Positions 10,555 through 20,438 of a DNA stretch of 64,000 nucleotides are shown piece after piece. Each line of letters starts with the position of its first letter. Positions within the stretch are counted from its first letter, which is position 1. The DNA is from Gemmatimonadaceae bacterium (GTDB taxonomy: Bacteria; Gemmatimonadota; Gemmatimonadetes; Gemmatimonadales; Gemmatimonadaceae), in contig DATNDS010000052.1 in NCBI GenBank assembly GCA_035553215.1, forward strand, positions 17,786-81,785. Direction: 5' to 3'. Position numbers and translations under genes: made by a program. The notes under the pieces were generated by a model that worked only from the letters and a program-made list of their open reading frames with translations, did no database searches and was not told the DNA's origin.

Positions 10555-11256
10555 ATGATTCGATTTTCCCACGTTTCCAAGGAGTATCCCCGCACCGGTC
10601 TCGCCTTGAAGGACGTGTCGTTCCGCCTCGCCAAGGGGGAGTTCGCGTTCCTCACCGGCCCGAGCGGCGCCGGCAAGAGCACCATTCTCAAGCTCGTGAC
10701 CATGGAGGAGCGCCCCACGATCGGTGAGGTGCGGGTGAGCGGCGTGCTGGGCACACAGATCCGGCGCTCCGAGATCCCCCGGCTCCGCCGCAAGCTCGGC
10801 GTGGTGTTCCAGGATTTCCGGCTGCTCGATGACCGGACGGCCGAGCAGAACGTCGCGTTCGCGCTCGAGGTGACGGGCACGTCGCGCTCGGCGATTCCGT
10901 CGCGCGTGAGCCGGCTGCTCACGCAGGTGGGACTCGCCTCCAAGGGCACGGCGTATCCGCGCGAGCTCTCGGGCGGCGAACAGCAGCGCGTGGCGATCGC
11001 GCGCGCGCTGGTGAACGACCCCATGGTGCTCATCGCGGATGAACCCTCGGGCAACCTCGACGAGCGCGCCACGCGCGGCATCTTCCAGCTCCTGCGCGAG
11101 ATCAACGCCTCGGGCACCGCGGTGCTCATGGCCACGCACAATCTCGAGCTGGTTCGCCGCCACGAGTATCGCGTCATCGAGATCAATCGCGGACAGCTCG
11201 TGTACGATTCGGCGGAGCCCCCGGCCGCCGGCGCGGGCGCACCACCCGCCGGCTGA
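10555..11256 (+). CDS. ftsE: cell division ATP-binding protein FtsE
   Basis: Walker A GPSGAGKST, signature LSGGEQQRVAIARAL and Walker B LIADEP. The gene is followed directly by ftsX. Confidence 0.9.
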   Translation: MIRFSHVSKEYPRTGLALKDVSFRLAKGEFAFLTGPSGAGKSTILKLVTMEERPTIGEVRVSGVLGTQIRRSEIPRLRRKLGVVFQDFRLLDDRTAEQNVAFALEVTGTSRSAIPSRVSRLLTQVGLASKGTAYPRELSGGEQQRVAIARALVNDPMVLIADEPSGNLDERATRGIFQLLREINASGTAVLMATHNLELVRRHEYRVIEINRGQLVYDSAEPPAAGAGAPPAG

Positions 11257-12104
11257 TGCGCCTCACATTTCGCGAGGTGATGCTGGGCCTCCGGCGTGCG
11301 CCGCTGCTGAGCATCCTCAGCATCATCACCATCGCCTTCAGTCTGTTCGCGCTGGGACTCTTCGGGCTCGTGGCGCTCAACGTGAGCCGGGCGCTGCGCG
11401 GGATCGAGGAGCGCGTGGAGATTCGCGCGTTCATCACCGATGGCGCGCCGATTGAAGCGGTGGCCGCAGCGGTCGGCGACATCCGCGCGTTCCCCGAGGT
11501 GGCGCGCGTGGACATCATCACGCCGGACGAGGCGCTGGCACGGGCGCGCAAGGAGCTCACCGAGTTCAAGGATGTCTTCGACGCGGCGTTCCTCCCGATG
11601 TCGCTCGAGATCCGGCTCAAGCCGGGCCACCGCGACCCTGCCACGGTGCGCGCCGTCGCGGAGCGGCTGAAAACCTACACGTTCGTGGATGACGTGCGCT
11701 ACGGCGAGGAGTGGGTGCAGAAGCTCTACAGCATCCGCAACATCGCCGGCGCGACGGGCCTCGTGCTGGGCATTGCCTTCGCCGTGGTCGCCATCATCAT
11801 CATTGGCTCGACGATCCGCATGACGGTGCTCGCGCGCGCGAGAGAAATTTCCATCATGCGGCTGGTGGGCGCCACGGACGGCTTCGTGCGCCGGCCCTTC
11901 CTCATCGACGGCTTTCTCAAGGGCGTGCTGGGAGGCGTGGTCGCGCTCGGGATGGCCTGGTTCGCGCACTCGCTCATCGACCGCTATCTCATTCAGACCG
12001 TCTTCTTCGCCAGCGGGACGGCGCTCCTGGGCATCGCCGGTGGCGGGCTCATTGGACTCGTGGGCAGCGCCGTGTCCGTGGGGCGACATCTGCAGGATGT
12101 CTAG
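11256..12104 (+). CDS. ftsX: cell division permease-like protein FtsX
   Basis: N-terminal TM segment, periplasmic loop, then three C-terminal TM segments. TGATG overlap with ftsE. Confidence 0.85.
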   Translation: MRLTFREVMLGLRRAPLLSILSIITIAFSLFALGLFGLVALNVSRALRGIEERVEIRAFITDGAPIEAVAAAVGDIRAFPEVARVDIITPDEALARARKELTEFKDVFDAAFLPMSLEIRLKPGHRDPATVRAVAERLKTYTFVDDVRYGEEWVQKLYSIRNIAGATGLVLGIAFAVVAIIIIGSTIRMTVLARAREISIMRLVGATDGFVRRPFLIDGFLKGVLGGVVALGMAWFAHSLIDRYLIQTVFFASGTALLGIAGGGLIGLVGSAVSVGRHLQDV

Positions 12105-13341
12105 CGGTATACCGCGTGTGCGGCGCCGCGCTCCACGCGGCGGTCGCAGCACGACCCTCCGTGTCATTGCGTTCGTCGTGGCCGTCGTGATGGGCGGCGC
12201 TTGGCCGGTGGCCGCGCGCGCACAGGACAGCGCCGCCGTGAAACTGCGCAGCGAGCGGCAGAAGCTGGATCAGTTGCGCCACGAACGCGAGCAGCTCGAG
12301 CAGCGTCGGAACAGCCTGCGCAGCACGGTGCACGACCTCTCCGAGGAAGTACAGAGCCTGGACCGCGAAGCGGACATGACGGCGCGCGTCGTCGCGTCGC
12401 TCGATGCGCAGCTGGCCACGATCAACGGCGAGGTGGAGTCGACGACGAGCGACCTCATTCGCACGCAGGATGAGCTGACGCTGGGCCAGGCCATTCTGCA
12501 GCGGCGGCTCGTGGACATCTACAAGCGAGGATCGCTCTACTCGGCGGAGGTTCTGCTCTCCGCCACCAGCTTCGGCGATCTCGTCGCGCGCTACAAGTAC
12601 CTGCACCTCCTGACGCTTCGCGATCGCGCCCTGGTAGAGCGCGTGGCCGGGCTGGGCGAGCGCATCGGCCGCCAGCGCGGCAACCTCGTGCAGTTTCAGC
12701 GGGACATGCAGGAGAGCCTGCAGGAAAAGGCCGATGAGGAACAGCGGCTGCGCGATCTCCGCGATCAGCAGGCGGGGAGCCTGAAGAGCGCGCAGCATCG
12801 CGCCCAGGATACCGATCGGCGCCTCGCGCAGCTCAGCAGGGACGAGAAACGGCTGGGCGATGTGATTGCATCGCTCGAAGCGGCCCGCCTGCGCGCGGAA
12901 CGCGCCGCCCCGAATGCAGCGCGCGAGTCGAGCACACTGCGCGCAGGCGGCGCCCGATTCGCGTGGCCGGTGGACGGGCAGCTCGAATACAGCTTCGGTC
13001 GCGTGGTGAACCCGAACAACACCACCGTACGCTGGAACGGCATCGGCATTGAAGCGCCCGCCGGGACGCCGGTGCACGCCATCGCCGCGGGCAAGGTGCT
13101 GGTGGCCGAGTCGTTCGGCACCTACGGACTCACGGTGATCATTCAGCATCCCGGAGGCGACTATTCGGTATACGGCTCGCTGAGTCGCATCGCCACGGAA
13201 AAGGGCGCCGTCGTGGGCAAGGGCGACGTGATTGGCTACGTGGGCACGACCGATCCCGCGCTCGGTCCGCATCTGCACTTCGAGCTGCGTCCCGAGGGTC
13301 ACGCCGTGGATCCGCTGGACTACCTCACGCCGAAGCCGTGA
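12097..13341 (+). CDS. EnvC-like murein hydrolase activator (coiled coil + M23 peptidase domain)
   Basis: A long Q/E/R/L-rich coiled coil is followed by M23 blocks GIGIEAPAGTPVHAIAAGKV and HLHFELR. ATG 12097 overlaps the ftsX end. Confidence 0.85.
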   Translation: MSSGIPRVRRRAPRGGRSTTLRVIAFVVAVVMGGAWPVAARAQDSAAVKLRSERQKLDQLRHEREQLEQRRNSLRSTVHDLSEEVQSLDREADMTARVVASLDAQLATINGEVESTTSDLIRTQDELTLGQAILQRRLVDIYKRGSLYSAEVLLSATSFGDLVARYKYLHLLTLRDRALVERVAGLGERIGRQRGNLVQFQRDMQESLQEKADEEQRLRDLRDQQAGSLKSAQHRAQDTDRRLAQLSRDEKRLGDVIASLEAARLRAERAAPNAARESSTLRAGGARFAWPVDGQLEYSFGRVVNPNNTTVRWNGIGIEAPAGTPVHAIAAGKVLVAESFGTYGLTVIIQHPGGDYSVYGSLSRIATEKGAVVGKGDVIGYVGTTDPALGPHLHFELRPEGHAVDPLDYLTPKP

Positions 13342-14201
13342 CGCCGCTGCTCGGTGCGCACGTCTCCACCGCCGGCGGCATCGCGACGGCGCCACCGCGT
13401 GCGCGGGCGATCGCGGCCACCGCCATGCAAATCTTCACCAAGCAGGCCAACCGCTGGGCCGAACGCAGTTGCGAGGAACAGGAGGTCCACGCCTTCCGCG
13501 CCGCGCTCGCGGACACGGATGTCCGGGTCACCGTGTCGCACGATTCGTATCTGATCAATCTCGCCAGTCCCGACGCCACGCTGCGCCAGCGCTCCATGCA
13601 GTCATTCATCGCCGAGCTGCGACGGTGCGAGGCGCTGGACCTGGATTTCCTCGTGTCGCATCCGGGGAACTATATGGACGACCGGAACAGCGGCATCGCG
13701 CGCAACGCGGACGCCATCACGGCGTGCCTGGAACAGGTGCCGGGGCGCACGGTACTCTGCATGGAGACCACGGCGGGCGCCGGCACGGCGCTCGGCGCGA
13801 CGTTCGAGGGGCTCGCGGGGATCCTCGATCGCATTCCGGCAGCGTTGCAGCACCGGCTCGGCGTGTGTCTCGACACGTGTCACGTCTTTGCCGCGGGATA
13901 TGATCTCCTCAACGACTATGCGGGTGTCTGGGCACGATTCTCGGACGCGCTCGGTCGCAACCGGCTGCGCGTCATCCATCTCAATGACTCCAAGGCGCCG
14001 TTCGGATCACGGCGGGACCGGCACGAGCTCATTGGTGAAGGGGCGCTGGGCGAGGAGCCATTCCGCCAGTTGATGAACGACGAACGCCTCGAAGACGTCG
14101 CCATGGTCATCGAAACGCCAAAGGGGGATGACCACACCGCGACCGATACCCGCATGCTGGACCGGTTGCGCGGGTATCGGCTCACAGCGGGCGCAACGTG
14201 A
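13338..14201 (+). CDS. nfo: deoxyribonuclease IV (endonuclease IV)
   Basis: LLGAHVS.AGG, MQIFTK, ETTAG, DTCH and IHLNDSK motifs. GTGA overlap with the upstream gene. Confidence 0.9.
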   Translation: MTPLLGAHVSTAGGIATAPPRARAIAATAMQIFTKQANRWAERSCEEQEVHAFRAALADTDVRVTVSHDSYLINLASPDATLRQRSMQSFIAELRRCEALDLDFLVSHPGNYMDDRNSGIARNADAITACLEQVPGRTVLCMETTAGAGTALGATFEGLAGILDRIPAALQHRLGVCLDTCHVFAAGYDLLNDYAGVWARFSDALGRNRLRVIHLNDSKAPFGSRRDRHELIGEGALGEEPFRQLMNDERLEDVAMVIETPKGDDHTATDTRMLDRLRGYRLTAGAT

Positions 14202-14202
14202 C

Positions 14203-14598
14203 ATGGCCGCCAATCGTATTAGAATGATGGGCATGCTGAGCCTCCTTCGTCCGCGGAGCCGTTCCAGGGTGCTGCGCGTCGTCGCGCTGGTGGTGATCGC
14301 CGCGCAGGCGGTGAGCGTGTGCCTGGCACCAAGCGCGGAAGCCTTCGCATCGCGCAGCGCGCCCGCGCACGTAGAGGAAGGCGGCACGCACCTGCACCAT
14401 TCGCACACACCGGAAACGTGCCCCGCCTGTTTCGCCCTGCAGATCACGGGCGAACCGCCGCAGCATGATCCGGTGCTGGCCCGGCTGTTCACCACATTCG
14501 ACTCGCCGCGGCCCAGTGAGCCGCACGTCGCTCCTGCGCGGCGCATCGCGGCCAGCTCCCCCCGCGCTCCACCACTCGTCACGCTCGCGAACGGATAG
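14203..14598 (+). CDS. small membrane-anchored His/Cys-rich hypothetical protein
   Basis: This is the inner part of track ORF 14128..14598. It has a hydrophobic anchor VLRVVALVVIAAQAV followed by GGTHLHHSHTPETCPAC. It sits directly upstream of the metal-efflux operon. The start (14203 or 14224) is uncertain. Confidence 0.45.
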   Translation: MAANRIRMMGMLSLLRPRSRSRVLRVVALVVIAAQAVSVCLAPSAEAFASRSAPAHVEEGGTHLHHSHTPETCPACFALQITGEPPQHDPVLARLFTTFDSPRPSEPHVAPARRIAASSPRAPPLVTLANG

Positions 14599-14755
14599 CC
14601 GGCCCCGCCCGCTGGCGGCGGCCCACTCCTCGCGCGAGGCGCATCACCGCTCCGCCTGAACGCTTCCCGCAATACGCAGCTCACACTGCTCGGGACGCGT
14701 TCCGCCCGGAGCCCGCGCCGCCGCGCCGGTTGCGTGATTGACGGGATGGGAGCAC

Positions 14756-16051
14756 ATGCACCTGAAATTGAGATATGTCACGCTGGCCCTGGCCTGTGCA
14801 CCGGTTGCCGCCGGGGCACAACAGCCCGTGCCGCCCGGGGCCGACACGGCTGTCGTGCTCAGGCTCACGCGGCAGCAGGCGATCGATCTGGCGCTGGCCA
14901 ACAATCCGCAGCTCGCCGCGTCACGCGAACAGGTGGCGCAGGCGCGCGCCCGCGTCACCGAGGCAACCGCGCTGCCCGACCCCAGCCTGTCGGCCACGAT
15001 CGTCGGCCAGAACGGCGCCTTTACACCGGGTACGGCGGGCGAGCATGACTACGCACTGGGGCTGACGATCCCCTTCCCCGATCGCATTCGGCTCAAGGGA
15101 AAGGTCGCCTCGTCGGATGTGCACGCGTCGGAGTTCTCTCTGGACCAGCTGCGCCAGAGCATCGCCTCGCAGACGTCGCAGACCTACGACTCGCTGCTCG
15201 TCGCGCTGCGCCACCAGGCGGACTTTCAACAGGCCGGACAGCTCGCGCAGGATTTCCTCACGCGCACCGAGGCACGCTACAATGCCGGCACCACGCCCAG
15301 GCTCGACGTCATCAAGGCCCGGGTGGACGTCGCTCAGGCGCAGAACGACCTCATCGCCAGCGAGCGCACGGTGTCCAACGCGCGCGCGGCGCTCAACCGC
15401 CTCATCGGCCGGCTGCTCGGCGCGCCCGTGGAGGCGGCGGATTCGCTGCTGATCCCGTCAGCACTGCCACCACTCGACAGCCTGGAAGCCGCCGCGCTCG
15501 AGCATCGCCCCGAAGTGCGCAGCCTGGCCGCGCAGCGATCCGGGGCGAGCGCCGCGACCACGCTCGCGAAGGAATTCTGGCTTCCCGATCTCAGCGTGTC
15601 GGTGTCGCGCAATACCGTCAACGGCACGCCCACCACGTTCGACACCGGCTTCGGTATCGGCTTCCCGATCTTCTTCTGGCAGCACAGCGGCGGAGAGGTC
15701 GCGGAGTCCCGCCACCACGAGCTGGAGCTGTCCGCGAGCATGCGCGACCTGCGCGCGCAGGTGAGCCAGGAGGTACGCGTCGCGTTCGCGGCGGCGAGTA
15801 CCGCACTGCGACAGGCGCGGTATCTCCAGGACGCGTTGCTCCCCGAAGCAGAGCAGGCCTATCACATCGCATCCGTCAGCTACGGTCTGGGCGGCTCCTC
15901 GGCCCTCGAGGTGCTCGACGCCAAGCGCACGCTGCTCGATGCCCAGAGCCAGTACACCGACGCGCTCGGCGCCGCGAATGACGCCGTCGCGCAGTTGCAG
16001 CTCGCGGTTGGCACGACCCTCGACGCCGGCATGTCCGGAGGCACGAAATGA
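14756..16051 (+). CDS. TolC-family outer membrane efflux protein (CzcC-like)
   Basis: Signal peptide MHLKLRYVTLALACAPVAAGAQ, two-repeat OEP architecture, and first position in the RND operon. Confidence 0.85.
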   Translation: MHLKLRYVTLALACAPVAAGAQQPVPPGADTAVVLRLTRQQAIDLALANNPQLAASREQVAQARARVTEATALPDPSLSATIVGQNGAFTPGTAGEHDYALGLTIPFPDRIRLKGKVASSDVHASEFSLDQLRQSIASQTSQTYDSLLVALRHQADFQQAGQLAQDFLTRTEARYNAGTTPRLDVIKARVDVAQAQNDLIASERTVSNARAALNRLIGRLLGAPVEAADSLLIPSALPPLDSLEAAALEHRPEVRSLAAQRSGASAATTLAKEFWLPDLSVSVSRNTVNGTPTTFDTGFGIGFPIFFWQHSGGEVAESRHHELELSASMRDLRAQVSQEVRVAFAAASTALRQARYLQDALLPEAEQAYHIASVSYGLGGSSALEVLDAKRTLLDAQSQYTDALGAANDAVAQLQLAVGTTLDAGMSGGTK

Positions 16052-17208
16052 TCAGTCAGCAACTCGTTCGCGGCGCGGCCGTTGCCGCCGTGGTGACATG
16101 CATCGTGTCCGGATGCTCACACGACAGCGCGGCCGGCGGAGACGCGGGCGGCGACGTGACCGCGACGTCGTCCGGCGCACTGGTACTGCCCGCCGCACAG
16201 CGTGAGCGACTCACGGTGCAGGCAGTGCAAAACGTGAAGTACCGTCCGACGGTACAGGTCACCGGGACCGTTGTCTTCGATGGCGACCTCTCCACGCCCG
16301 TGCTCGCTACGATCTCGGGACCGGTCACACGCGTGCTGGTCCAGCCGGGAGCGCGCGTGCCGCGCGGCGCGCCGCTCGCGTACGTGTCCTCGCCGGACTT
16401 CGCGGCGGCGGTTGCCGCGTATCGCAAGGCCGCCGCCACTGCGCGCAACCTGCAGCGCATCGCGGATCTGGACCAGAAGCTCTTCGACAACGACGCCCTG
16501 GCCCGACGCGACCTCGAGCAGGCGCAAACGGACGCCGTGTCCGCCAACGCCGACCGCGATGCGGCGCTGGAGCAGCTCCGCGCACTCGGCGTCGAGGAGA
16601 CCACGCTCACAGAACTGGAGGCGAATCATCCGGTCGCGAACGTGCAGGGCGTGATTCGCGCGCCCATCGGCGGCACGGTGGTCGAGCGCCTCGTCAGCCC
16701 CGGTCAACTGCTGCAGGCGGGATCCACGATGTGCTTCACGATCGCGGATCTCTCGCGCATGTGGGTGCTCGCCAACGTCTTCGAGACCGATCTGCCCGAT
16801 GTGCGGCTGGGTGATTCGGCGGAAGTCGTCACGACCGCCTCGCCGCGCACGTTTCGCGGCACGGTGGACAACATTGCCGCGGAGGTGGATTCGAGCACCC
16901 GCGCCACGGCGGTGCGCGTTGTCGTCCCCAACGCCGAGCGCTTGCTCAAGAAGGACATGTACGTACGCGTGGTGATCCATTCCCGCCGGGAGCACACCGG
17001 CATGCTCGTGCCCGTCTCCGCTGTGCTGCGCGATGAGGACAACCGGCCGCTCGTCTACATCCAGAATGGCTCCGGCGCGTACGAGCGCCGGTCGATCACG
17101 CTCGGCGCACGGGTGAACGATCAGTGGCAGGTCACCGCGGGGCTCGTCCCGGGTGACAAGGTCGTGGCGGAGGGCGGACTGTTCCTGCAGTTCGCGCAGA
17201 GCCAGTGA
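16048..17208 (+). CDS. efflux RND periplasmic adaptor (HlyD/CzcB-like)
   Basis: Lipoyl/beta-barrel adaptor pattern (VIRAPIGGTVVERLVSPGQ). ATGA overlap upstream and GTGA overlap downstream. Confidence 0.85.
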   Translation: MISQQLVRGAAVAAVVTCIVSGCSHDSAAGGDAGGDVTATSSGALVLPAAQRERLTVQAVQNVKYRPTVQVTGTVVFDGDLSTPVLATISGPVTRVLVQPGARVPRGAPLAYVSSPDFAAAVAAYRKAAATARNLQRIADLDQKLFDNDALARRDLEQAQTDAVSANADRDAALEQLRALGVEETTLTELEANHPVANVQGVIRAPIGGTVVERLVSPGQLLQAGSTMCFTIADLSRMWVLANVFETDLPDVRLGDSAEVVTTASPRTFRGTVDNIAAEVDSSTRATAVRVVVPNAERLLKKDMYVRVVIHSRREHTGMLVPVSAVLRDEDNRPLVYIQNGSGAYERRSITLGARVNDQWQVTAGLVPGDKVVAEGGLFLQFAQSQ

Positions 17209-20200
17209 CGGAGCCCGCTCACACCGGGAGCGCGCCGGTCCGGAATCCCTCGCTCATCAACCGCATTGTCCGCACTTCGCTCGAGCAACGGTTTCTCATC
17301 TCGCTGCTGTCGATCCTGCTGATTGGCGCCGGCATCTGGTCGTTTCGCCGGTTGCCGGTGGATGCGTATCCGGATCTCTCGCCGACAATGGTCGAAATCA
17401 TCACGCAGTGGCCCGGTCACGCGTCAGAGGAAGTGGAGCGACTGATCACGGTCCCCATCGAGGTCGAGATGAACGGGATCGCGCGACTCAAGGTCGTGCG
17501 CAGCATCTCGCTGTACGGTCTTTCCGACGTCACGCTCACCTTCGAGGACAACACCGACGATTACTTCGCGCGACAGCGCGTCTTCGAGCGGCTGCCGGAC
17601 GTGGATCTCCCTGAGGGCGTGTCGCCGAGCGTGGGCCCGCTGTCGTCACCATCGGGACTGGTCTATCGGTACGTGCTGGACAGTCCGGACCGATCACCCA
17701 TGGAGCTGAAGAACCTGAACGACTGGGTGATCACGAAGGCGTACAAATCCGTGTCGGGCGTGGCGGATGATTCGCCGCTGGGGGGCGAGACCATGCAGTA
17801 TCAGGTCCTGCTCGACCCGGGGCGGGTCGCCGCATCGGGCCTCTCGGTCACGCAGATCCCGGATGCACTGGGCGCGAACAACGGCAATGCGGGCGGTGGA
17901 TTCTATTCGGAAGGCGGACAGTTCTACTACGTGCGCGGGCTTGGCCGCGTGCACACGGTAGAAGACATCGGCAACGTGGTCGTCGCGGTGCACAATGGCA
18001 CGCCAATCCTCGTCAAGGATCTCGGCGACGTGATCATCGGCCACGCACCTCGTCTGGGACAGTTCGGATTCAACGGGCGGAATGATGCGGTGGAGGGTGT
18101 CATCCTCATGCGCCGCGGCGAGCAGACCCAGACGGTGCTCAAGGGCGTCGAGGGCATGACACAGCAACTCAACGACTCGGTGCTCCCCAAGGATGTCCGC
18201 ATTCATCCATTCTACGACCGAAGCGATCTCGTTCATCTGACCACGCGAACGGTCGAGGATAATCTCGTTCGCGGGATTCTGCTCGTCATCGTGGTGCTCA
18301 TCTTCTTCCTGTACGATGTCCGGTCCGGACTCATTGTCGCGACGGCGATTCCGCTCTCACTGCTCTTTGCGTTCATCTGTCTGGATGTCCGCCACATTCC
18401 CGCGAATCTCCTCTCCATAGGAGCCATCGACTTCGGCATCCTGGTGGATGGAGCGGTGGTGATGGTGGAGAACATTCATCGGCAGCTCGCGCTGCGCCAT
18501 GGCACCGCGTTCAGCGTCGTCAACGTCATTATCAGTGCAGCCTCCGAGGTGGATCGGCCGATTTTCTATGCAGTGGCGGTGATCGTGGTCGGTTTTCTGC
18601 CCATCTACGTGCTGTCCGGGCCATCGGGGCGGCTCTTCAGCCCGATGGCCGATACGACGATTTTCGCGCTCGTCGGCTCGCTGCTCGTCACGTTGACACT
18701 TATTCCGGTGCTCTGCGCCTGGCTGCTGCGACGCGGTGTCCGGAATCGCCGCAACGCGATCTTCGATTGGGTACGCAACTGGTACGCTCGCGGCCTCGAC
18801 CAGTGCCTGGCGCGGCCCTGGATCACGACCGTCGTATCGGCGATCGTGTTTGGGCTGTCCATGCTGCTCATTCCCGCGATCGGCGCCGAGTTCATGCCCA
18901 AGCTCGACGAAGGCGCGCTCTGGGTGCGGGCCACCATGCCGTACACGATTTCCTTCGACGCGTCGTCGAAGATCGTGCCGCAGATCCGCACCATTCTGCA
19001 ATCGTTCCCGCAGGTCACCGACGTCGGGTCCGAGCATGGCCGTCCCGACGACGGCACCGATGCCACCGGGTTCTTCAACGCGGAATTTTTCGTGGGGCTC
19101 AAGCCATACGATGAGTGGACTGGCCCCTATCGCACCAAGCCGGAGCTCATTGCGGCAATCGACAAGAAGCTGTCGGGCTTTCCAGGCATCACCTTCAACT
19201 TCACGCAACCCGCCGAAGACGCGGTGGACGAGGCGGAAACCGGCCTCAAAAGCGCGCTGGATGTGAAGATCTTCGGGCCGGATCTCACGACGCTCGAGCA
19301 CAAGGGGCGGGAAATCGAACACGTGCTGCGTGGCGTGCGCGGCATCACGGACGTCACGCTCGTGCAGGAGCTCGGCCAGCCCGCGCTCACGATCGACATC
19401 GATCGCGAGCGCATCGCGCGCTATGGCATCAACGCCGGCGATGTGAACGCGCTCATCGAGGCCGCGGTGGGTGGCGGCGTGGCCACGCAGGTGGCACAGG
19501 GTGAACGCCTCTATGATCTGGTCGTGCGCCTTCAGCCACAGTTCCGCGAGACGCCGGAGCAGATCGGCGCGATTCTCGTGCCCGCGCCCGACGGCCAGCA
19601 GATCCCGCTGAAGGACCTGGCGACGATCGCGGTGTCGAACGGCGCCTCGTTCATCTACCGTCAGGATAATTCGCGCTTCATTGGCGTGCAGTTCTCAGTG
19701 GCCGGCCGCGATCTGGCTGGTGCGGTGCAGGATGCGCAGCGGCAGGTTTCAGCGGCGGTAAAAACACCATCCGGCTACCGCGTGGTCTGGGGCGGCGAGT
19801 ATTCCGAGTACACGGCGTCACGCGCGCAGCTCCGCGTGATCCTGCCGCTCACGCTCTTCGTGATCTTTCTGCTGCTCTTCGCGCTCTACGACAACTTCAA
19901 GTTCCCTCTGATCACCGTCGTAGGCGTCGTCCTGTCCGCGCCCATTGGCGGCCTGCTTGCCCTGCTTCTCACCGGTACGCCGTTTTCGGTGTCGTCGGGA
20001 ATCGGTTTCCTCGCGCTCTTCGGCGTTTCGGTACAGACCGCCGTAGTCTACATCTCGTATGCGAATGAGCTGCGCAACGGCGGCGTGAGCATCATGGAGG
20101 CGACCCGGGAAGCGGCGCTGTTGCGATTGCGACCCATCATGATGACGGCGCTGGTCGCTGCGCTGGGCCTGCTTCCTGCCGCATTGTCACACGGCGTGGG

Positions 20201-20330
20201 GTCCGACTCGCAGCGACCGTTCGCGCTGGTGATCGTGGGCGGGCTCTTCTCGCGCCTGCTTATCAGCGTGTTCCTCATGCCCGCGCTGTATGCCCTCGTT
20301 GCGCGAGCAGGTGATCGGCTGGAGGTCTGA
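17205..20330 (+). CDS. CusA/CzcA family heavy-metal efflux RND transporter
   Basis: 1041 aa with 12-TM RND architecture and an N-terminus typical of CzcA (IINRIVRTSLEQRFLI...LPVDAYPD). Confidence 0.95.
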   Translation: MTEPAHTGSAPVRNPSLINRIVRTSLEQRFLISLLSILLIGAGIWSFRRLPVDAYPDLSPTMVEIITQWPGHASEEVERLITVPIEVEMNGIARLKVVRSISLYGLSDVTLTFEDNTDDYFARQRVFERLPDVDLPEGVSPSVGPLSSPSGLVYRYVLDSPDRSPMELKNLNDWVITKAYKSVSGVADDSPLGGETMQYQVLLDPGRVAASGLSVTQIPDALGANNGNAGGGFYSEGGQFYYVRGLGRVHTVEDIGNVVVAVHNGTPILVKDLGDVIIGHAPRLGQFGFNGRNDAVEGVILMRRGEQTQTVLKGVEGMTQQLNDSVLPKDVRIHPFYDRSDLVHLTTRTVEDNLVRGILLVIVVLIFFLYDVRSGLIVATAIPLSLLFAFICLDVRHIPANLLSIGAIDFGILVDGAVVMVENIHRQLALRHGTAFSVVNVIISAASEVDRPIFYAVAVIVVGFLPIYVLSGPSGRLFSPMADTTIFALVGSLLVTLTLIPVLCAWLLRRGVRNRRNAIFDWVRNWYARGLDQCLARPWITTVVSAIVFGLSMLLIPAIGAEFMPKLDEGALWVRATMPYTISFDASSKIVPQIRTILQSFPQVTDVGSEHGRPDDGTDATGFFNAEFFVGLKPYDEWTGPYRTKPELIAAIDKKLSGFPGITFNFTQPAEDAVDEAETGLKSALDVKIFGPDLTTLEHKGREIEHVLRGVRGITDVTLVQELGQPALTIDIDRERIARYGINAGDVNALIEAAVGGGVATQVAQGERLYDLVVRLQPQFRETPEQIGAILVPAPDGQQIPLKDLATIAVSNGASFIYRQDNSRFIGVQFSVAGRDLAGAVQDAQRQVSAAVKTPSGYRVVWGGEYSEYTASRAQLRVILPLTLFVIFLLLFALYDNFKFPLITVVGVVLSAPIGGLLALLLTGTPFSVSSGIGFLALFGVSVQTAVVYISYANELRNGGVSIMEATREAALLRLRPIMMTALVAALGLLPAALSHGVGSDSQRPFALVIVGGLFSRLLISVFLMPALYALVARAGDRLEV

Positions 20331-20438
20331 CACGTAGCTCGCGCAGGCGGCGTGCCTTCGGTACAATTGAAAGGATGCCCGTGAGCGGGCACACTGACGT
20401 ATCTTCCTGAATTCGACTGCAAACCGGACTTCGACTCA

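Noticed and set aside
20367-20400. Promoter and terminator signals between czcA and pckA (TTGAAA box, 6-bp hairpin tgcccg-tgag-cgggca).
   Set aside because: The hairpin is short with no U-tract, and no acceptable -10 box lies at proper spacing. This is too weak to report as a feature.
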